A stretch of 64,000 nucleotides of DNA, taken from NCBI GenBank assembly GCA_963675595.2, contig CAXXLZ010000001.1:1056001-1120000 (forward strand), read 5' to 3'. How positions within the stretch are numbered: the stretch's first letter is position 1; each line of letters begins with the position of its first letter. The translations under genes were made by a program, and so were the position numbers. This DNA comes from Thermodesulfobacteriota bacterium. Its GTDB lineage: Bacteria; Desulfobacterota; Desulfarculia; JACQYL01. Of this stretch, positions 49,093 through 60,051 are shown one piece after another. Below the pieces are notes generated by a model, which did not search any database, was not told the origin of the DNA, and saw nothing but the letters and a program-made list of their open reading frames with translations.

Positions 49093-49383
49093 ATGCTGGC
49101 GAATTATGGCTATAAGGACGGCTCGGGCGAGTTTTTCATCACCATTGACACGGATCGCTGCAACGGCTGCGGCGATTGTGTGGCGGCGTGTCCGTCCCAG
49201 GTGTTCGTTGTGCTCGATGAAGACCCTTATGATCCTCTTCGCGACGAGCCGGTGGCCGTTGTGGGAGAGGTTCAGCGAAAGAAGCTCAAGTATGCGTGCG
49301 CCCAGTGCAAACCCGCGAAACAGAGAGCTCCCTTGCCTTGCGTGTCCGCCTGTGGACCAAGCGCCATCATCCATTCATGGTAG
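49093..49383 (+). CDS. Ferredoxin-like 4Fe-4S dicluster protein
   Basis: CNGCGDCVAACP and CAQC...CVSAC, with a GAGGAGG SD. Confidence 0.88.
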   Translation: MLANYGYKDGSGEFFITIDTDRCNGCGDCVAACPSQVFVVLDEDPYDPLRDEPVAVVGEVQRKKLKYACAQCKPAKQRAPLPCVSACGPSAIIHSW

Positions 49384-49914
49384 TCCGCCGTACAGCCGGC
49401 GAAGTGATGGGGCCGGGCCGGAACCATCGCCGCCGATCGGTTTTTCCAAGCGAATCTTCCGTGCACGGTATGAACGGAAGCGCCGCCGTGCGGCACGGAA
49501 CATGACCAGCAACGTCCCAATGGAGGCGGTTCCGCGGGAAACGACGCCGGATGCCGCTCCAAGAGCGCATATCCCATTTCGACTTTGCATCATCATTCGA
49601 TTTCCGCAGTATCACGCGGGTCCTTAGGGACCGTCTCTGTGTCGTTCGTCCGATGATTACTTCGATAATAAGGGGTGTTATGGATAATAATTAAAGCATA
49701 TCCTATGTGAATATCTTCATGCCGGCAGCGTTGCTCGATTGAAGAGAAACGCATTCTTCTTGCGGGCTATGGGTAGAGTTATTAAAATAAAGGTATTAAC
49801 CCGGATATCGTCCGGGGAGGAATTGTCTGGGAGGGGATGATGGAATTCGTCCTTTCACACGGGACATGTAGTTTATCTTACCGAAATTCCGACACGAATT
49901 TCAAAGAGGGCGGG

Positions 49915-50493
49915 ATGCTTCAGCACGGAAGGGGAGGCAAAGTCAAGGCCTTGACTTTCATGGCTCTTGTGTTCCTCCTTTTATTCTCTTCTTCCAACTC
50001 GGCGTGGAGCCAGACGGTGGAGTTCGACGCCGCCAGAGTGATTCTGCCGCAGGTCGGGGAGACTTTCAACGTTCAGGTAATGATCGAGGATGTCACGAAC
50101 CTTGGCGGGTTCCAAGTTACGTTGGATTACGATCCAACTGTGGTTCAGATATTGGGAACTCCCAGTTCATCGGTTACGTTGGGAAGTTTCATTGGAAGTA
50201 CGGGCAGGACCGTGACCAAGGTGGGCGGGACTCCGGACAACACCGCGGGGACCGTGGCAGTGGGCGCGTTTACGACCGGATCGCAGGCGGGGCCAAGTAC
50301 GCCGTCCGGGACTCCCGAAAATTTGGTGACGATCATTTTCACCGTGCAGTCGCGAGTTGTGAGTGAATTGCTGCTTCACGACATTCGAGTAACGGATACG
50401 TCCGGTGTTCCTTTTCCCGATCCTTCCGATCAAACCGGCAGACTGATTCGCCCTCTGCCCATGGGCATCTTCGCCGTCATCCTCGACGACTAG
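49915..50493 (+). CDS. Secreted cohesin-like domain protein
   Basis: Signal peptide (...SSNSAWS) followed by GETFNVQVMI...NLGGFQVTLDYDPTVV. Start codon uncertain. Confidence 0.7.
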   Translation: MLQHGRGGKVKALTFMALVFLLLFSSSNSAWSQTVEFDAARVILPQVGETFNVQVMIEDVTNLGGFQVTLDYDPTVVQILGTPSSSVTLGSFIGSTGRTVTKVGGTPDNTAGTVAVGAFTTGSQAGPSTPSGTPENLVTIIFTVQSRVVSELLLHDIRVTDTSGVPFPDPSDQTGRLIRPLPMGIFAVILDD

Positions 50494-50681
50494 CCTCGTG
50501 CGACATCTCGGCTCCCGCCACGAAGGGGGTCTCATTCATGGAGAACTGTTCGGCGTGACACAGCCGCATGAGAGCAGTGCTTAGAACGTGGAGTGCAGGC
50601 GACAATCGACGGACGGGAGAGGGCCGAAGGAGGTCGGGCGGCGTGAAGGGAGGGTAGGGGGGGTTCGACTCCCACGGCCGG

Positions 50682-50930
50682 TTAAGACTTGAAGGCGTTC
50701 AGTACATCGGCCACCACCCTCTCGGCGGCCTCTTTTTCCGATTTTGGGACCCAAACGCCTCCCCATCCTTTACGTGCCACATAAATACCGTCGTAGGCGG
50801 TATCCTGATATCCTTTGACCCATGCCGAGATTCCGGCCTTTTTGAGTGCATCGAGTATTTGGTCCGCTTCGAATTGATTTTCGAGTACATGCACTTTGAC
50901 CATGGGCTCGTCTTCCGGGCGGGACATCAT
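50682..50930 (-). CDS. DUF2007-like small protein
   Basis: ENQFEADQILDALKKAGI...DTAYDGIY...GWG.V.V pattern. Confidence 0.75.
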   Translation of the reverse strand: MMSRPEDEPMVKVHVLENQFEADQILDALKKAGISAWVKGYQDTAYDGIYVARKGWGGVWVPKSEKEAAERVVADVLNAFKS

Positions 50931-50952
50931 TTCTCCGTGGAAATCTTGAGAA

Positions 50953-51201
50953 TCAGTGGAGGTTGTTTGTCTCTTCGCTCGACGTCCGTCCCCGTCGGGT
51001 GTAAATCACCTTGAACTCATCCGGCGCGTAAGAAAGGCACGAGGTACACCCGCCTTCCGAGCCCAAGTCCACCGGCTCCAGGCGAACTTCAAAGCCGAGT
51101 TTCCGATATTCTTCGACTACTTCGCTCAAGCGGGGCTCGTTGGTGAGCATTTGACGGACCCACCCCTCTTGGGCAAGCTCTTCTTCCCGGGTCATGACCA
51201 T
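50953..51201 (-). CDS. Small hypothetical protein with a CxxC motif
   Basis: GW......EPRLSE..E.Y..LGFEV.LEP...CTSC...IYTR, with a GGGAGG SD. Confidence 0.72.
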   Translation of the reverse strand: MVMTREEELAQEGWVRQMLTNEPRLSEVVEEYRKLGFEVRLEPVDLGSEGGCTSCLSYAPDEFKVIYTRRGRTSSEETNNLH

Positions 51202-51300
51202 CCTCCCGAAACATGCCGACCGGCCGGAGAACCCGTAAGAGGCTTTCCGGACCGTGCAGGATTCAACGCGGGGCCAACTTGTAGAAGAGACTTCACAGAG

Positions 51301-51720
51301 TCAGGCGGTGCGGAGCATCTCGGACACTTTGGTCAGCAAGGCGCCGGGATCTAACGGTTTGTCCATGAATTGGTCGCCCGCTATCCCTCCCGCCTTCTTG
51401 GGCGCCTTGGCCTTGTCCTCCAAATCTCTCCGCAAGGAACTGACCATCAGAATCGGTGTGTGGCGGTAGTCGATATACTCGGCGGTCATCTTCAGAGCGG
51501 CGCTGACGGCGAAGCCCTCGAACATGCTGTCCATCATGATGTCCAAGATGATCAGGTCCGGGCTCTCCAGGGTGACCATCTGCAGTCCTTCGGTTCCGTT
51601 CCCGGCGCTGATCACTTCATAGTCGGCGGATTCCAGTATGATTTTCGTTGATTCTATGAAGTCCGGGTCGTCGTCTACGATCAGGATCTTTCGTTTCTGT
51701 TTCAACTGGAGTCCTCCCAT
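51301..51720 (-). CDS. Single-domain response regulator (receiver)
   Basis: ILIVDDD, DLIILDIMM, PILMVSS and KP. Confidence 0.93.
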   Translation of the reverse strand: MGGLQLKQKRKILIVDDDPDFIESTKIILESADYEVISAGNGTEGLQMVTLESPDLIILDIMMDSMFEGFAVSAALKMTAEYIDYRHTPILMVSSLRRDLEDKAKAPKKAGGIAGDQFMDKPLDPGALLTKVSEMLRTA

Positions 51721-52078
51721 CGCTTAGGACACTTTTGTTTGAAAATACATACTGTTACCGATCAAAGTCAAGCAAAATGACGAGGTGCGTTTGTGGCCGG
51801 GAGCCGAGTTCGGGCCGGAGTCCTTACGACTTCGTTTTGGGCTCTGGGAGGGCTTTACTTCCCTCCGGGGTTCGGATATGGACGGAATGAATGCTCGGTT
51901 CGCGCGGGCCGGAGCCGATACCGGTGCAACAAGGCTCCGGCAAACCTGAACTTGATCGGCGTCGAATAAACCGGCATGAGAGAATGCGAAGCGGATATCC
52001 GCTCATTATCGGGTTCGTATATGTGCGTGTATGGAATCGTAATCGTCATCATTCCAAACTCATAACGGTTCGAGGACT

Positions 52079-53596
52079 ATGGCGGAACTGAAATCCATGG
52101 AATTCCAATTTCCCTCAAGGCCCGGGTGGTGGAATGGAGAACGGGTCGGTGCCTTGCTCGGTGGTTTTTCCCGCTGTCGGCTCCTGGTAGTGGGAGACCT
52201 GATGCTTGACCGGTATCTCTGGGGGCGTGTGGATCGCATATCTCCTGAAGCGCCGGTCCAAGTGCTCGACGTCCACCGGGAAACGGATACCTTGGGAGGG
52301 GCGGGAAACGTGCTGAAGAACCTCGTTTCTCTGGGAGCCCAATCCGGTATTTTGAGCGTTATCGGCGAAGACGTTGCCGGAGAACGAGTGTCGGGATTGC
52401 TTGAGTCGTTGAGCGGAGAGGGGGATGGGCTTCTGGTCGATTCTTCCCGGAGGACCACTCAGAAGACGCGCATCATTGCCGAAAACCAGCAGATTCTGAG
52501 GATCGACAGGGAAAACCGGGAGCCGATTTCCAGGGACATGGAAAGCCGACTGTTGTGCTTGGCGGAGGAACAGGCGGACAAGGTGGACGGTCTGTTGGTT
52601 TCCGACTACGGCAAGGGAGTCTTAACCCCCCGGTTGATCCGTGAGCTCATAGTCATGGGGCGACGATGTTCTTTCCCGGTTTTAATCGATCCGAAGGGGA
52701 CGGATTACGAAAAGTATTCCGATGCGACGCTGATAACTCCAAACAAAAAGGAAGCCTCGGTGGCTTCGGGAGTGGAGATTTCCGATCGAGCGTCGCTGCG
52801 TGAGGCGGTGCGGACACTCCGCCTGAAAGTCAAGAATACGGGCATCCTGGTCACATTGGGCAGTGAAGGCATGGCGCTTTTTCCGGCGGAAGGCGGCGAA
52901 ACCTATATTCGAGCCTCAGCGCGGGAAGTCTATGACGTTTCCGGCGCCGGCGATACGGTCCTTTCAGTCCTTGGACTGGGACTGAGCTCCGGCGTCTCAT
53001 TGGAGGAATCGGCGATGTTGGCCAATGAAGCCGCCGGCATCGTCGTGGCCAAGGTGGGCGCCGCATCCGTCTCCCCGGCCGAATTGAGGGAAGCCCTATT
53101 GGGACGAAGCGATCCCTACGAGCGAAAAATTCGCGGTATCGGCAGTTTGGCGGTGGAATTGGACGGGCTGAGGCGTCAAGGCAAGCGAATCGTCTTTACC
53201 AACGGATGCTTTGATCTGCTGCATGTGGGTCACATACAGTTCCTGCAGGAATCGGCACGCTTGGGTGACGTGCTGGTGGTGGCATTGGACGACGACGGCT
53301 CCGTGAGACGATTGAAGGGAGAAGGACGTCCCATCCTCAAGCAGGAGGACCGATTGCGGGTGCTGTCCGCCCTGGATTGCGTGGATTATCTTTGTGTCTT
53401 TTCTTCCCCCGACCTGGACATGCTCCTTGACCGACTGAAACCGGACGTTCTCACCAAGGGGGGAAATTATTCCGAGGAGAAAATCTTGGGGAGGGAAGTG
53501 GTGCTCAGGAGCGGCGGAAAAGTGGTCGCCATCCCACTGGAGGTGGAAGGCTCTATTTCCAGCTTGATCCATCGGATACGTAACGGCGGTGCGTGA
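52079..53596 (+). CDS. hldE: Bifunctional heptose 7-phosphate kinase / heptose 1-phosphate adenylyltransferase
   Basis: GDLMLD.Y..G...RISPEAPV, SDYGKG, DVSGAGDT and TNGCFDLLHVGH. Confidence 0.95.
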   Translation: MAELKSMEFQFPSRPGWWNGERVGALLGGFSRCRLLVVGDLMLDRYLWGRVDRISPEAPVQVLDVHRETDTLGGAGNVLKNLVSLGAQSGILSVIGEDVAGERVSGLLESLSGEGDGLLVDSSRRTTQKTRIIAENQQILRIDRENREPISRDMESRLLCLAEEQADKVDGLLVSDYGKGVLTPRLIRELIVMGRRCSFPVLIDPKGTDYEKYSDATLITPNKKEASVASGVEISDRASLREAVRTLRLKVKNTGILVTLGSEGMALFPAEGGETYIRASAREVYDVSGAGDTVLSVLGLGLSSGVSLEESAMLANEAAGIVVAKVGAASVSPAELREALLGRSDPYERKIRGIGSLAVELDGLRRQGKRIVFTNGCFDLLHVGHIQFLQESARLGDVLVVALDDDGSVRRLKGEGRPILKQEDRLRVLSALDCVDYLCVFSSPDLDMLLDRLKPDVLTKGGNYSEEKILGREVVLRSGGKVVAIPLEVEGSISSLIHRIRNGGA

Positions 53597-53698
53597 CGTC
53601 AAGGAGCGGCGGCATCGCACCGAACGTTCCTCCCGCATCCCATGCGATGCGAATCCGGGCAGGCTGTTTTTCGGGTGGCCCGGTTTCGAGCCCTTGTG

Positions 53699-55075
53699 TC
53701 ACACCTCGAAGTCTCCCAATAGTGCGTTCAGCTTCTCAGGCGCAAGCACACCCTTTCGCAGAACAATTTCACGGATGGTCTCACCGGTTTCGAAGGCCTC
53801 CTTGGCCAGGGCGGCCGCCGAATCGTACCCGATTTCCGGCACCAGATAGGTAGCCAGGGCGAGACTTTTTTCCACCTTTCCGGCGCATCCGGCTCGATCG
53901 GCCCGGATTTCAGCCACGCATTTCCGTGCGAACAGCGAACAGACGCGGCTCAACAAGGTAATGGACTGGATCAGATTGTAACCGATGACCGGCATCATCA
54001 CGTTGAGTTCGAAGTTTCCGCTCATTGCGCCGAAAGTGATGGTCAAGTCGTTTCCCATGACCTGGGCGGCTACTTGAAGCACGGATTCGGGAATAATGGG
54101 ATTGATCTTTCCGGGCATGATGGAAGACCCGGGCTGCAATGCCGGCAGAACAATTTCCGAGAACCCTGCGCGAGGCCCGCATGAGAGCCACCTGATATCG
54201 TTGGCGATCTTGACGAGACCGGTCGCCAGGGTCTTCAATGCGCCGCTGGTTTCCACCGCGGCGTCCCGCGCCGCCTGGGCTTCGAAATGGTCTACCGCCT
54301 CCCGAAAGGCGAAACCGGTTTCTTCGCTGATGCGTTGGATGACCATTCGAGCGAAGGCCGGATGGGTGTTCACTCCGGTGCCCACCGCGGTTCCTCCCAA
54401 AGGAAGTTCCGCCAGTCCGTCTTCCACCGCTCGGATTCTGTCCGCGCCCAATTCCATCTGCCTGGCGTATCCCCCGAATTCCTGTCCGAGGGTTATGGGG
54501 ACCGCGTCCTGAAGATGGGTTCTGCCGATCTTGACGATACCTGCGAATTCCTTCGACTTGTTCCGCAGGGCACCCTCGAGTTCGGCGACGGCCGGAAGAA
54601 GCTCCTTTCGAAGTAAGGAAAAGGCCGCCATGTGAATCGCACTGGGAATCGTATCATTACTGGATTGCCCCAGATTCACGTGATCGTTGGGATGCACCGG
54701 AGACTTGGCGCCCCGGATCCCGGTCAGCAACTCGTTGGCCCGCCCCGCGACGACTTCATTGACGTTCATGTTCGTGGACGTTCCCGAGCCGGTTTGGAAC
54801 ACGTCCACCACAAACTGGTCGTCCAGGACGCCGTTGAGCACTTCCGAGGCTGCGGAGCGTACGGCGTCCGCAATGTTGGTTCCGATCAGCCCCAGCTCAA
54901 GATTGACTTGGGCGGCGTGCTTTTTGATCAAAGCGAGAGCTCGGATGATAGGAAACGGCATTTGGATGCCGCTTACGGGAAAGTTCTCCACGGCACGCTG
55001 TGTGGAAGCGCCGTAATAGGCTTCCGACGGCACCTCCATAGGTCCCATTGAGTCCTTTTCCACGCGGGTTTGCAT
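53699..55075 (-). CDS. fumC: Class II fumarate hydratase
   Basis: RVEKDSMG, QTGSGTSTNMN, HPNDHVN, GRTHLQDA and GSSIMPGK.NP. Start reassigned to ATG 55075. Confidence 0.94.
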   Translation of the reverse strand: MQTRVEKDSMGPMEVPSEAYYGASTQRAVENFPVSGIQMPFPIIRALALIKKHAAQVNLELGLIGTNIADAVRSAASEVLNGVLDDQFVVDVFQTGSGTSTNMNVNEVVAGRANELLTGIRGAKSPVHPNDHVNLGQSSNDTIPSAIHMAAFSLLRKELLPAVAELEGALRNKSKEFAGIVKIGRTHLQDAVPITLGQEFGGYARQMELGADRIRAVEDGLAELPLGGTAVGTGVNTHPAFARMVIQRISEETGFAFREAVDHFEAQAARDAAVETSGALKTLATGLVKIANDIRWLSCGPRAGFSEIVLPALQPGSSIMPGKINPIIPESVLQVAAQVMGNDLTITFGAMSGNFELNVMMPVIGYNLIQSITLLSRVCSLFARKCVAEIRADRAGCAGKVEKSLALATYLVPEIGYDSAAALAKEAFETGETIREIVLRKGVLAPEKLNALLGDFEV

Positions 55076-55164
55076 AAGAACCTCCTTGGGTCGGTTTCGA
55101 GCCGAAATCGGGTTCAAGACCCGATCGGAGACGCTTCGGCGCTCCTTACAGCCCGATTCAAAGT

Positions 55165-56124
55165 TCAGTGCGATCTTTCCTTGAGCACGTCGGAAACGCC
55201 TACGACCATGCTGTCCAAAACGACCTGGATGATATGGAACGCCAGAAGAGGGAAGAGGGCGAAAGGATTGCTGTGAGCGAACACCAGGGTCCATACGGTG
55301 ACGGGGACCGTCAACGTCTTTTGAGCGCAAACCATGGATACGGAGCGGACCGCGGCCTCCTCGATGGACAGGAGATGCTTTCCGGCGAAATATCCCACGA
55401 AGAGGACCAGGCCGTGCACAAAAGCGGAAGGAGGAATGTAGGAGGCGAACCGTTCGGGTTTCAAGCTCAGAAGCGCGTCGTGATGCGAGCACAAAGAACT
55501 GTAAATGATCAGACAGAGGGCCGCGGTGGGGACATGCTTGATCAGGGAAGCCAAAGCCCGAGTGCGGTACCGACCGGGGACTCTCCGGTATAGGGCGAAG
55601 CCGATCAGTGCCGGGAGCAGGACCAGGAACGCGAGCTTCACGGCAAGCTTCAAAGGGCTGATGGGTAAGTGGAGCCCCAGTGCCGGCTGCAGGATGAGCG
55701 GATATGTGATCACGGAAGCGAGATTCAAACCGGCGGAAAGAGACAGAGAGACCAGTGGGTCTCCGCCCCATCGACCTGCCAGAACCGGTCCGGAAACCAG
55801 AGTCGGTGCCGCGGCGCAAATCAGAATGAAGCCCACATAGTCGTCTCCGCTCCAGCCCAAAGAACGGCAATACAGAACGGCCACCAGCGGCGCCATCACC
55901 TGAGATAGGACGAAACCCCATGCCAGGCACCGCAGGATCGTATCGGGGCTCTTCAACCGAGAGGATGAGAGGCCGGCGCCTTGGCATAAGAAAATCAGGA
56001 AAATGAGCACGTTGACCACGCCCATGGTCTTGAGCGTTCTACCCGGGCCCGGCAAAAGGAACGCTCCGGTAAGGGCTGCAAGGATCCCTAGGAGAAGGAC
56101 ATTCTGTCTGATCAATCGCGCCAT
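55165..56124 (-). CDS. Bile acid:sodium symporter (BASS/SBF-like) family transporter
   Basis: Multi-TM protein with IFL..G, P.TL.SG, QKTL and FH..Q motifs. Confidence 0.8.
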   Translation of the reverse strand: MARLIRQNVLLLGILAALTGAFLLPGPGRTLKTMGVVNVLIFLIFLCQGAGLSSSRLKSPDTILRCLAWGFVLSQVMAPLVAVLYCRSLGWSGDDYVGFILICAAAPTLVSGPVLAGRWGGDPLVSLSLSAGLNLASVITYPLILQPALGLHLPISPLKLAVKLAFLVLLPALIGFALYRRVPGRYRTRALASLIKHVPTAALCLIIYSSLCSHHDALLSLKPERFASYIPPSAFVHGLVLFVGYFAGKHLLSIEEAAVRSVSMVCAQKTLTVPVTVWTLVFAHSNPFALFPLLAFHIIQVVLDSMVVGVSDVLKERSH

Positions 56125-56213
56125 GGATCGGGCATTTCTTCAGCGGTTGGGAAGAAAAACAGGGCGTCTCCTTCGGGAAGACGCCCTGACTTCGGTCTTC
56201 AATTCACCGGGTT

Positions 56214-56918
56214 CTATTCTTTCTTTTCCTTTTGGATGGTCTGCTTGAGCGTGTTGATGCATTTGGTGACCGGGATTTCCTTGGGGCAGACGCGGGTGCA
56301 TTCGAAATGATTCACGCAGGACCACACTCCGTCGGGACGGTCCAACTCGGAGAGCCGTTCCGACCGTCTTTCGTCACGGGAGTCGAACACATAGCGAAAA
56401 GCCCAGACAAGGGGAGCGGGCCCGACATACTCCTTGTTCTCCAGAGTCACGGGACAGGCGGCGACGCAGGATGCACAAAGAATGCAGCGGATGACCCGGT
56501 CCAGTTTCTTCATGTCTTCGGGACTCTGGATTCTTTCCCCGTCCGCCGGCGCCTCTCCGGCGGTCAAATAGGGGCGGACTTCTTCAATGCGTTTGAAGAA
56601 CGGTTCCATGTCCACAATGAGGTCTTTCAGCACCCGAAAGGACGGCAAAGGCTCGATGAGAATCCGGTCCCCTCCACAATCCTTCACCAGGGTTTGGCAG
56701 GCCAGGGCACAGCGGCCGTTGATCTTCATGCCGTCCGAACCGCAAACTCCGTGGGCGCAGGACATGCGATAAGCCAGGGTTCCGTCCTGCTCCCAACGAA
56801 TTCGATTCAGACAATCCAGAACTCGTTCTTGAGGTTCCGCGTCGACCGTGTATGTACGGTAATAAGGTTCCGTGTCCACCCCGGGATCGAAACGGAAAAT
56901 CTTCAGGCGTATTTCCAT
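56214..56918 (-). CDS. sdhB: Succinate dehydrogenase/fumarate reductase iron-sulfur subunit
   Basis: SCAHGVCGSD...LAC, CILCASCVAACP and CVNHFECTRVCPK. Confidence 0.93.
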   Translation of the reverse strand: MEIRLKIFRFDPGVDTEPYYRTYTVDAEPQERVLDCLNRIRWEQDGTLAYRMSCAHGVCGSDGMKINGRCALACQTLVKDCGGDRILIEPLPSFRVLKDLIVDMEPFFKRIEEVRPYLTAGEAPADGERIQSPEDMKKLDRVIRCILCASCVAACPVTLENKEYVGPAPLVWAFRYVFDSRDERRSERLSELDRPDGVWSCVNHFECTRVCPKEIPVTKCINTLKQTIQKEKKE

Positions 56919-56919
56919 A

Positions 56920-58641
56920 TCAGTACACCCTGGGTTTGGGTTCGAATCGTTTAAGGTTCACCGATTTGGAGGACAATTCCGGACCATCCCCACCCTTGTG
57001 CACAAGGGTATGCTTCAACCATCGATCATCGTCCCTTTCCGGGAAGTCTTCCCGGAAATGCGCACCCCGGCTTTCCTCCCTGGCCAGAGCGCTCGAAAGG
57101 ATGACTTCGGCCAGACCGAGCAGTCCTTCCAGTTCCATGGCTTCCAGGAGATCGTAGTTGAAGGCTTCACCCCGATTTTCGACTCCCACGTCCTTGTACC
57201 GATCCATCAAGCCCCTCACCGCCGAAAGGGTCTTTTCCAAGCCTTCGCGGTTCCGGAAGACGGAACAATGGTCGGTCATGGCTTGTTGAAGCTCCTTCCT
57301 CAGCAGGCCGGCGCGTTCGTTCCGTCCCGTCCTCTTAAGACGCTCCACACGCTCTTGACTTGGCTGCACCGGGTCCGACGGGAGGTTCGAGAAAGACAAT
57401 TTCCCCACTTCCGCTGCGATCTTCTTTCCGGCCCTTCGGCCGAACACCACGAGGTCCAGCAAGGAGTTGCAGCCAAGTCGGTTGGCCCCGTGCACGGATA
57501 CACAGGCACACTCTCCAGCCGCATACAGGCCCGGAACGATGCCGTTGTGTCCGTCGAGAACCTCGCCGTCCACACTGGTGGGAATGCCTCCCATCATGTA
57601 ATGGCAGGTAGGCTGAACCGGAATGGGCTCCTTAGAGGCGTCGATTCCGCGATAGATCTTCACGAACGAAGCTATGTCCGATAATTTTTCCGAGATGCGT
57701 TGGGCGCCGATATGCGTCAGGTCCAGGTGTACGTAATCTTTGCCGTCGATTCCCCGGTCTTCTCTAATTTCCGTCAGGATGGCCCTGGAAACCACGTCGC
57801 GTGGCGCCAAGTCCTTTATGGTCGGGGCGTATCGTTCCATGAAACGTTCCCCGAGTCGGTTCCGGAGGATCCCTCCTTCGCCGCGCGCGGCTTCACTGAT
57901 GAGCACTCCGAGTCCATAGATTCCCGTGGGATGGAATTGGATGAATTCCATGTCTTCGAGGGGCATTCCGGCGCGATAGGCGAGATACACCCCGTCTCCC
58001 GTGTTGGCGAAGCAATTCGATGTGGTCTTGAAGAGCTTTCCGAACCCGCCCGTGGCCAGCATTACGACTTTCGCGTGGATGACCTGGAGCCGTCCGGTGG
58101 CCAGTTCGTAAACCACCACTCCGCCGATGCCTTCCTTGGTCCGAACCAGGTCGACCATTTGGTGCTCGGGATAGACGCGTACGCCCTGCCTGACCGCCTG
58201 TCCATACAGCGTGTCCAGAATCACGCGCCCGGTCCGATCCGCCGCGTGACATGCCCGCTTCACCGCCGCTTTGCCGAACTCACGCGTGTGCCCGCCGAAC
58301 GCCCGTTGGGCGATCTTGCCTTCGGGCGTCCGATTGAAGGGAACGCCCATGTGTTCGAGTTCATAGATGGCCCTGGGCGCGTCCCGGGTGAGCACCTCGG
58401 CCACGTCCTGATCGGTGAGATAGTCCCCGCCCTTCACCGTGTCGTACATGTGCCATTCCCAGGAATCCGGCTCTTCGTTGCCCAAAGAGGCGGCAATGCC
58501 TCCCTGGGCGGCGCCGGAATGGGATCGGGTGGGGTAGACTTTGCTGATCAACGCCAAGTCCGCCTTGCCCGCGATCTCCACGGCGGCTCTCAAGCCGGCG
58601 AGTCCGGAACCCACGATGACCACGTCGTGTTTTTGAGTCAT
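56920..58641 (-). CDS. sdhA: Succinate dehydrogenase/fumarate reductase flavoprotein subunit
   Basis: [42 protein letters not shown] and ESRGAH. GGAGAG SD before ATG 58641. Confidence 0.94.
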   Translation of the reverse strand: MTQKHDVVIVGSGLAGLRAAVEIAGKADLALISKVYPTRSHSGAAQGGIAASLGNEEPDSWEWHMYDTVKGGDYLTDQDVAEVLTRDAPRAIYELEHMGVPFNRTPEGKIAQRAFGGHTREFGKAAVKRACHAADRTGRVILDTLYGQAVRQGVRVYPEHQMVDLVRTKEGIGGVVVYELATGRLQVIHAKVVMLATGGFGKLFKTTSNCFANTGDGVYLAYRAGMPLEDMEFIQFHPTGIYGLGVLISEAARGEGGILRNRLGERFMERYAPTIKDLAPRDVVSRAILTEIREDRGIDGKDYVHLDLTHIGAQRISEKLSDIASFVKIYRGIDASKEPIPVQPTCHYMMGGIPTSVDGEVLDGHNGIVPGLYAAGECACVSVHGANRLGCNSLLDLVVFGRRAGKKIAAEVGKLSFSNLPSDPVQPSQERVERLKRTGRNERAGLLRKELQQAMTDHCSVFRNREGLEKTLSAVRGLMDRYKDVGVENRGEAFNYDLLEAMELEGLLGLAEVILSSALAREESRGAHFREDFPERDDDRWLKHTLVHKGGDGPELSSKSVNLKRFEPKPRVY

Positions 58642-58679
58642 GAGACTCTCCGTTTCTTGCATCGGCAGGCCCCGAATGA

Positions 58680-59861
58680 CTATGGGCGCTCCGTAACGGA
58701 CTGATAGAGACATCCCGTCAAACCGCAGTACTCTCCCACGTATTCAGCCTTCGGACGATACAGGGCCGGCGTGCCCTGAGCTTCGGCGAACTTTTCTTCT
58801 ATGGCGTGGGCGCACCAACCGGAAATCCGGGACATGGCGAAGATCGGCGTCATCAAGTCACGGGGAATACCCATCATGTGATAGACGGATGCGCTGTAGA
58901 AATCCACATTGGGCTTCAGCTCCGTCTTTCCCCGTTTTTCGAATTCATCGAGCACCGTCTCTTCGATCTTCATCGTCATCAAAGGCCATTTTTCCAGGCC
59001 GGTCTTCTTTCCAATACGGAGGGCCATTTCCTTGAGTATTTTGGCTCTCGGGTCCATGGTCTTATAGACCGCGTGCCCGACTCCCATGATCCGGTTGCCC
59101 GCGTCCAGTTGGCGAATCACCCAGGCGGGGAGATCCGGTTCGTTTTCGATTTCCATGAGCATTTTCATCACCCGGGCATTGGCGCCGCCGTGCAGACTCC
59201 CGGAGAGAGCTCCCACACCGGCCGCCACGCCCGCGTACATATGGGCTCTTGTGGAAACCACTTCGCGGCACGCAAAGGTCGAGGCGTTGAATGTGTGGTC
59301 TGCATGCAGGACCAGACAGACGTCCAGATCCTTCGCAACCTCGGGGTCCGGCTTGGTTCCGTGAAGCATCCAAAGAAAATTGGCCGCGTGGGGCAGGGTA
59401 TCGTCGGGAGGAAGAGGTTCCAGTCCGTTGCGTATCCTGTGCCATGCCGCCACCACCACGGGAAGACGGGCGATAAGACGGACGGCCATGTCAACGTTGC
59501 CTTCCCGGGTTTCATCTCCCAGGTTTGGGTCCGCCGTAGCCAGCATGGGCACGGAAGCCTGAAGCACGTCCATGGGGTCGGCGCTCTTCGGCCACGTCTT
59601 GAAACTGTCGAACACGAATCCCGGAACTTCTCTTTCCCGCTGGACCCTTGCTGCGAAAGCTTCCAGTTCTCCTTTCGTGGGGAGGTTGCCCATGAGCAAA
59701 AGATAAGCCGTCTCCATGAAGTCCGAATGGGCGGCCAGTTCCTCGATGCGAAACCCCCGGTAGATCAAGATTCCCTGAGTCCCGTCGATGAAACTGATCT
59801 TGGTGTCGGCCACGGTCACTCCGCGGAGTCCCATGTTTTTCACTCGCACCGTGTCTGCCAT
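58680..59861 (-). CDS. gltA: Citrate synthase (Si-type)
   Basis: [31 protein letters not shown] and PNVDFYS. Start reassigned to ATG 59861. Confidence 0.93.
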   Translation of the reverse strand: MADTVRVKNMGLRGVTVADTKISFIDGTQGILIYRGFRIEELAAHSDFMETAYLLLMGNLPTKGELEAFAARVQREREVPGFVFDSFKTWPKSADPMDVLQASVPMLATADPNLGDETREGNVDMAVRLIARLPVVVAAWHRIRNGLEPLPPDDTLPHAANFLWMLHGTKPDPEVAKDLDVCLVLHADHTFNASTFACREVVSTRAHMYAGVAAGVGALSGSLHGGANARVMKMLMEIENEPDLPAWVIRQLDAGNRIMGVGHAVYKTMDPRAKILKEMALRIGKKTGLEKWPLMTMKIEETVLDEFEKRGKTELKPNVDFYSASVYHMMGIPRDLMTPIFAMSRISGWCAHAIEEKFAEAQGTPALYRPKAEYVGEYCGLTGCLYQSVTERP

Positions 59862-60051
59862 ATATCCCTCCGTGCTTAATAGCCCGTTGCAAAATTCCGT
59901 ATGCCGTAGACCGGTGAAAAACCGCGACACGCAAAGCCCGCCGATCCTGAAAAAGGAGGCGTACATGGAGCATGTCGCGGCAAGTGGAACGTCGCGCAAT
60001 CCGCCTGTTGAGGGCGGATCGGGTTTCTCACCGGGGTGTTGTTCCGGCGGG

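Noticed and set aside
50655-50682. tRNA T-arm-like sequence GGGTTCGACTCCC
   Set aside because: No acceptor stem, D-arm or anticodon arm can be built around it.
55076-55987. 300-aa N-terminal extension of FumC in the ORF track
   Set aside because: It overlaps the BASS transporter in another frame. The FumC N-terminal motif and SD begin at 55075.
59905-59975. c-di-GMP-I (GEMM) riboswitch-like words (GAAA stem, ACGCAAAGC)
   Set aside because: It is antisense to the flanking genes and lacks the GGCAAA and P1 elements.
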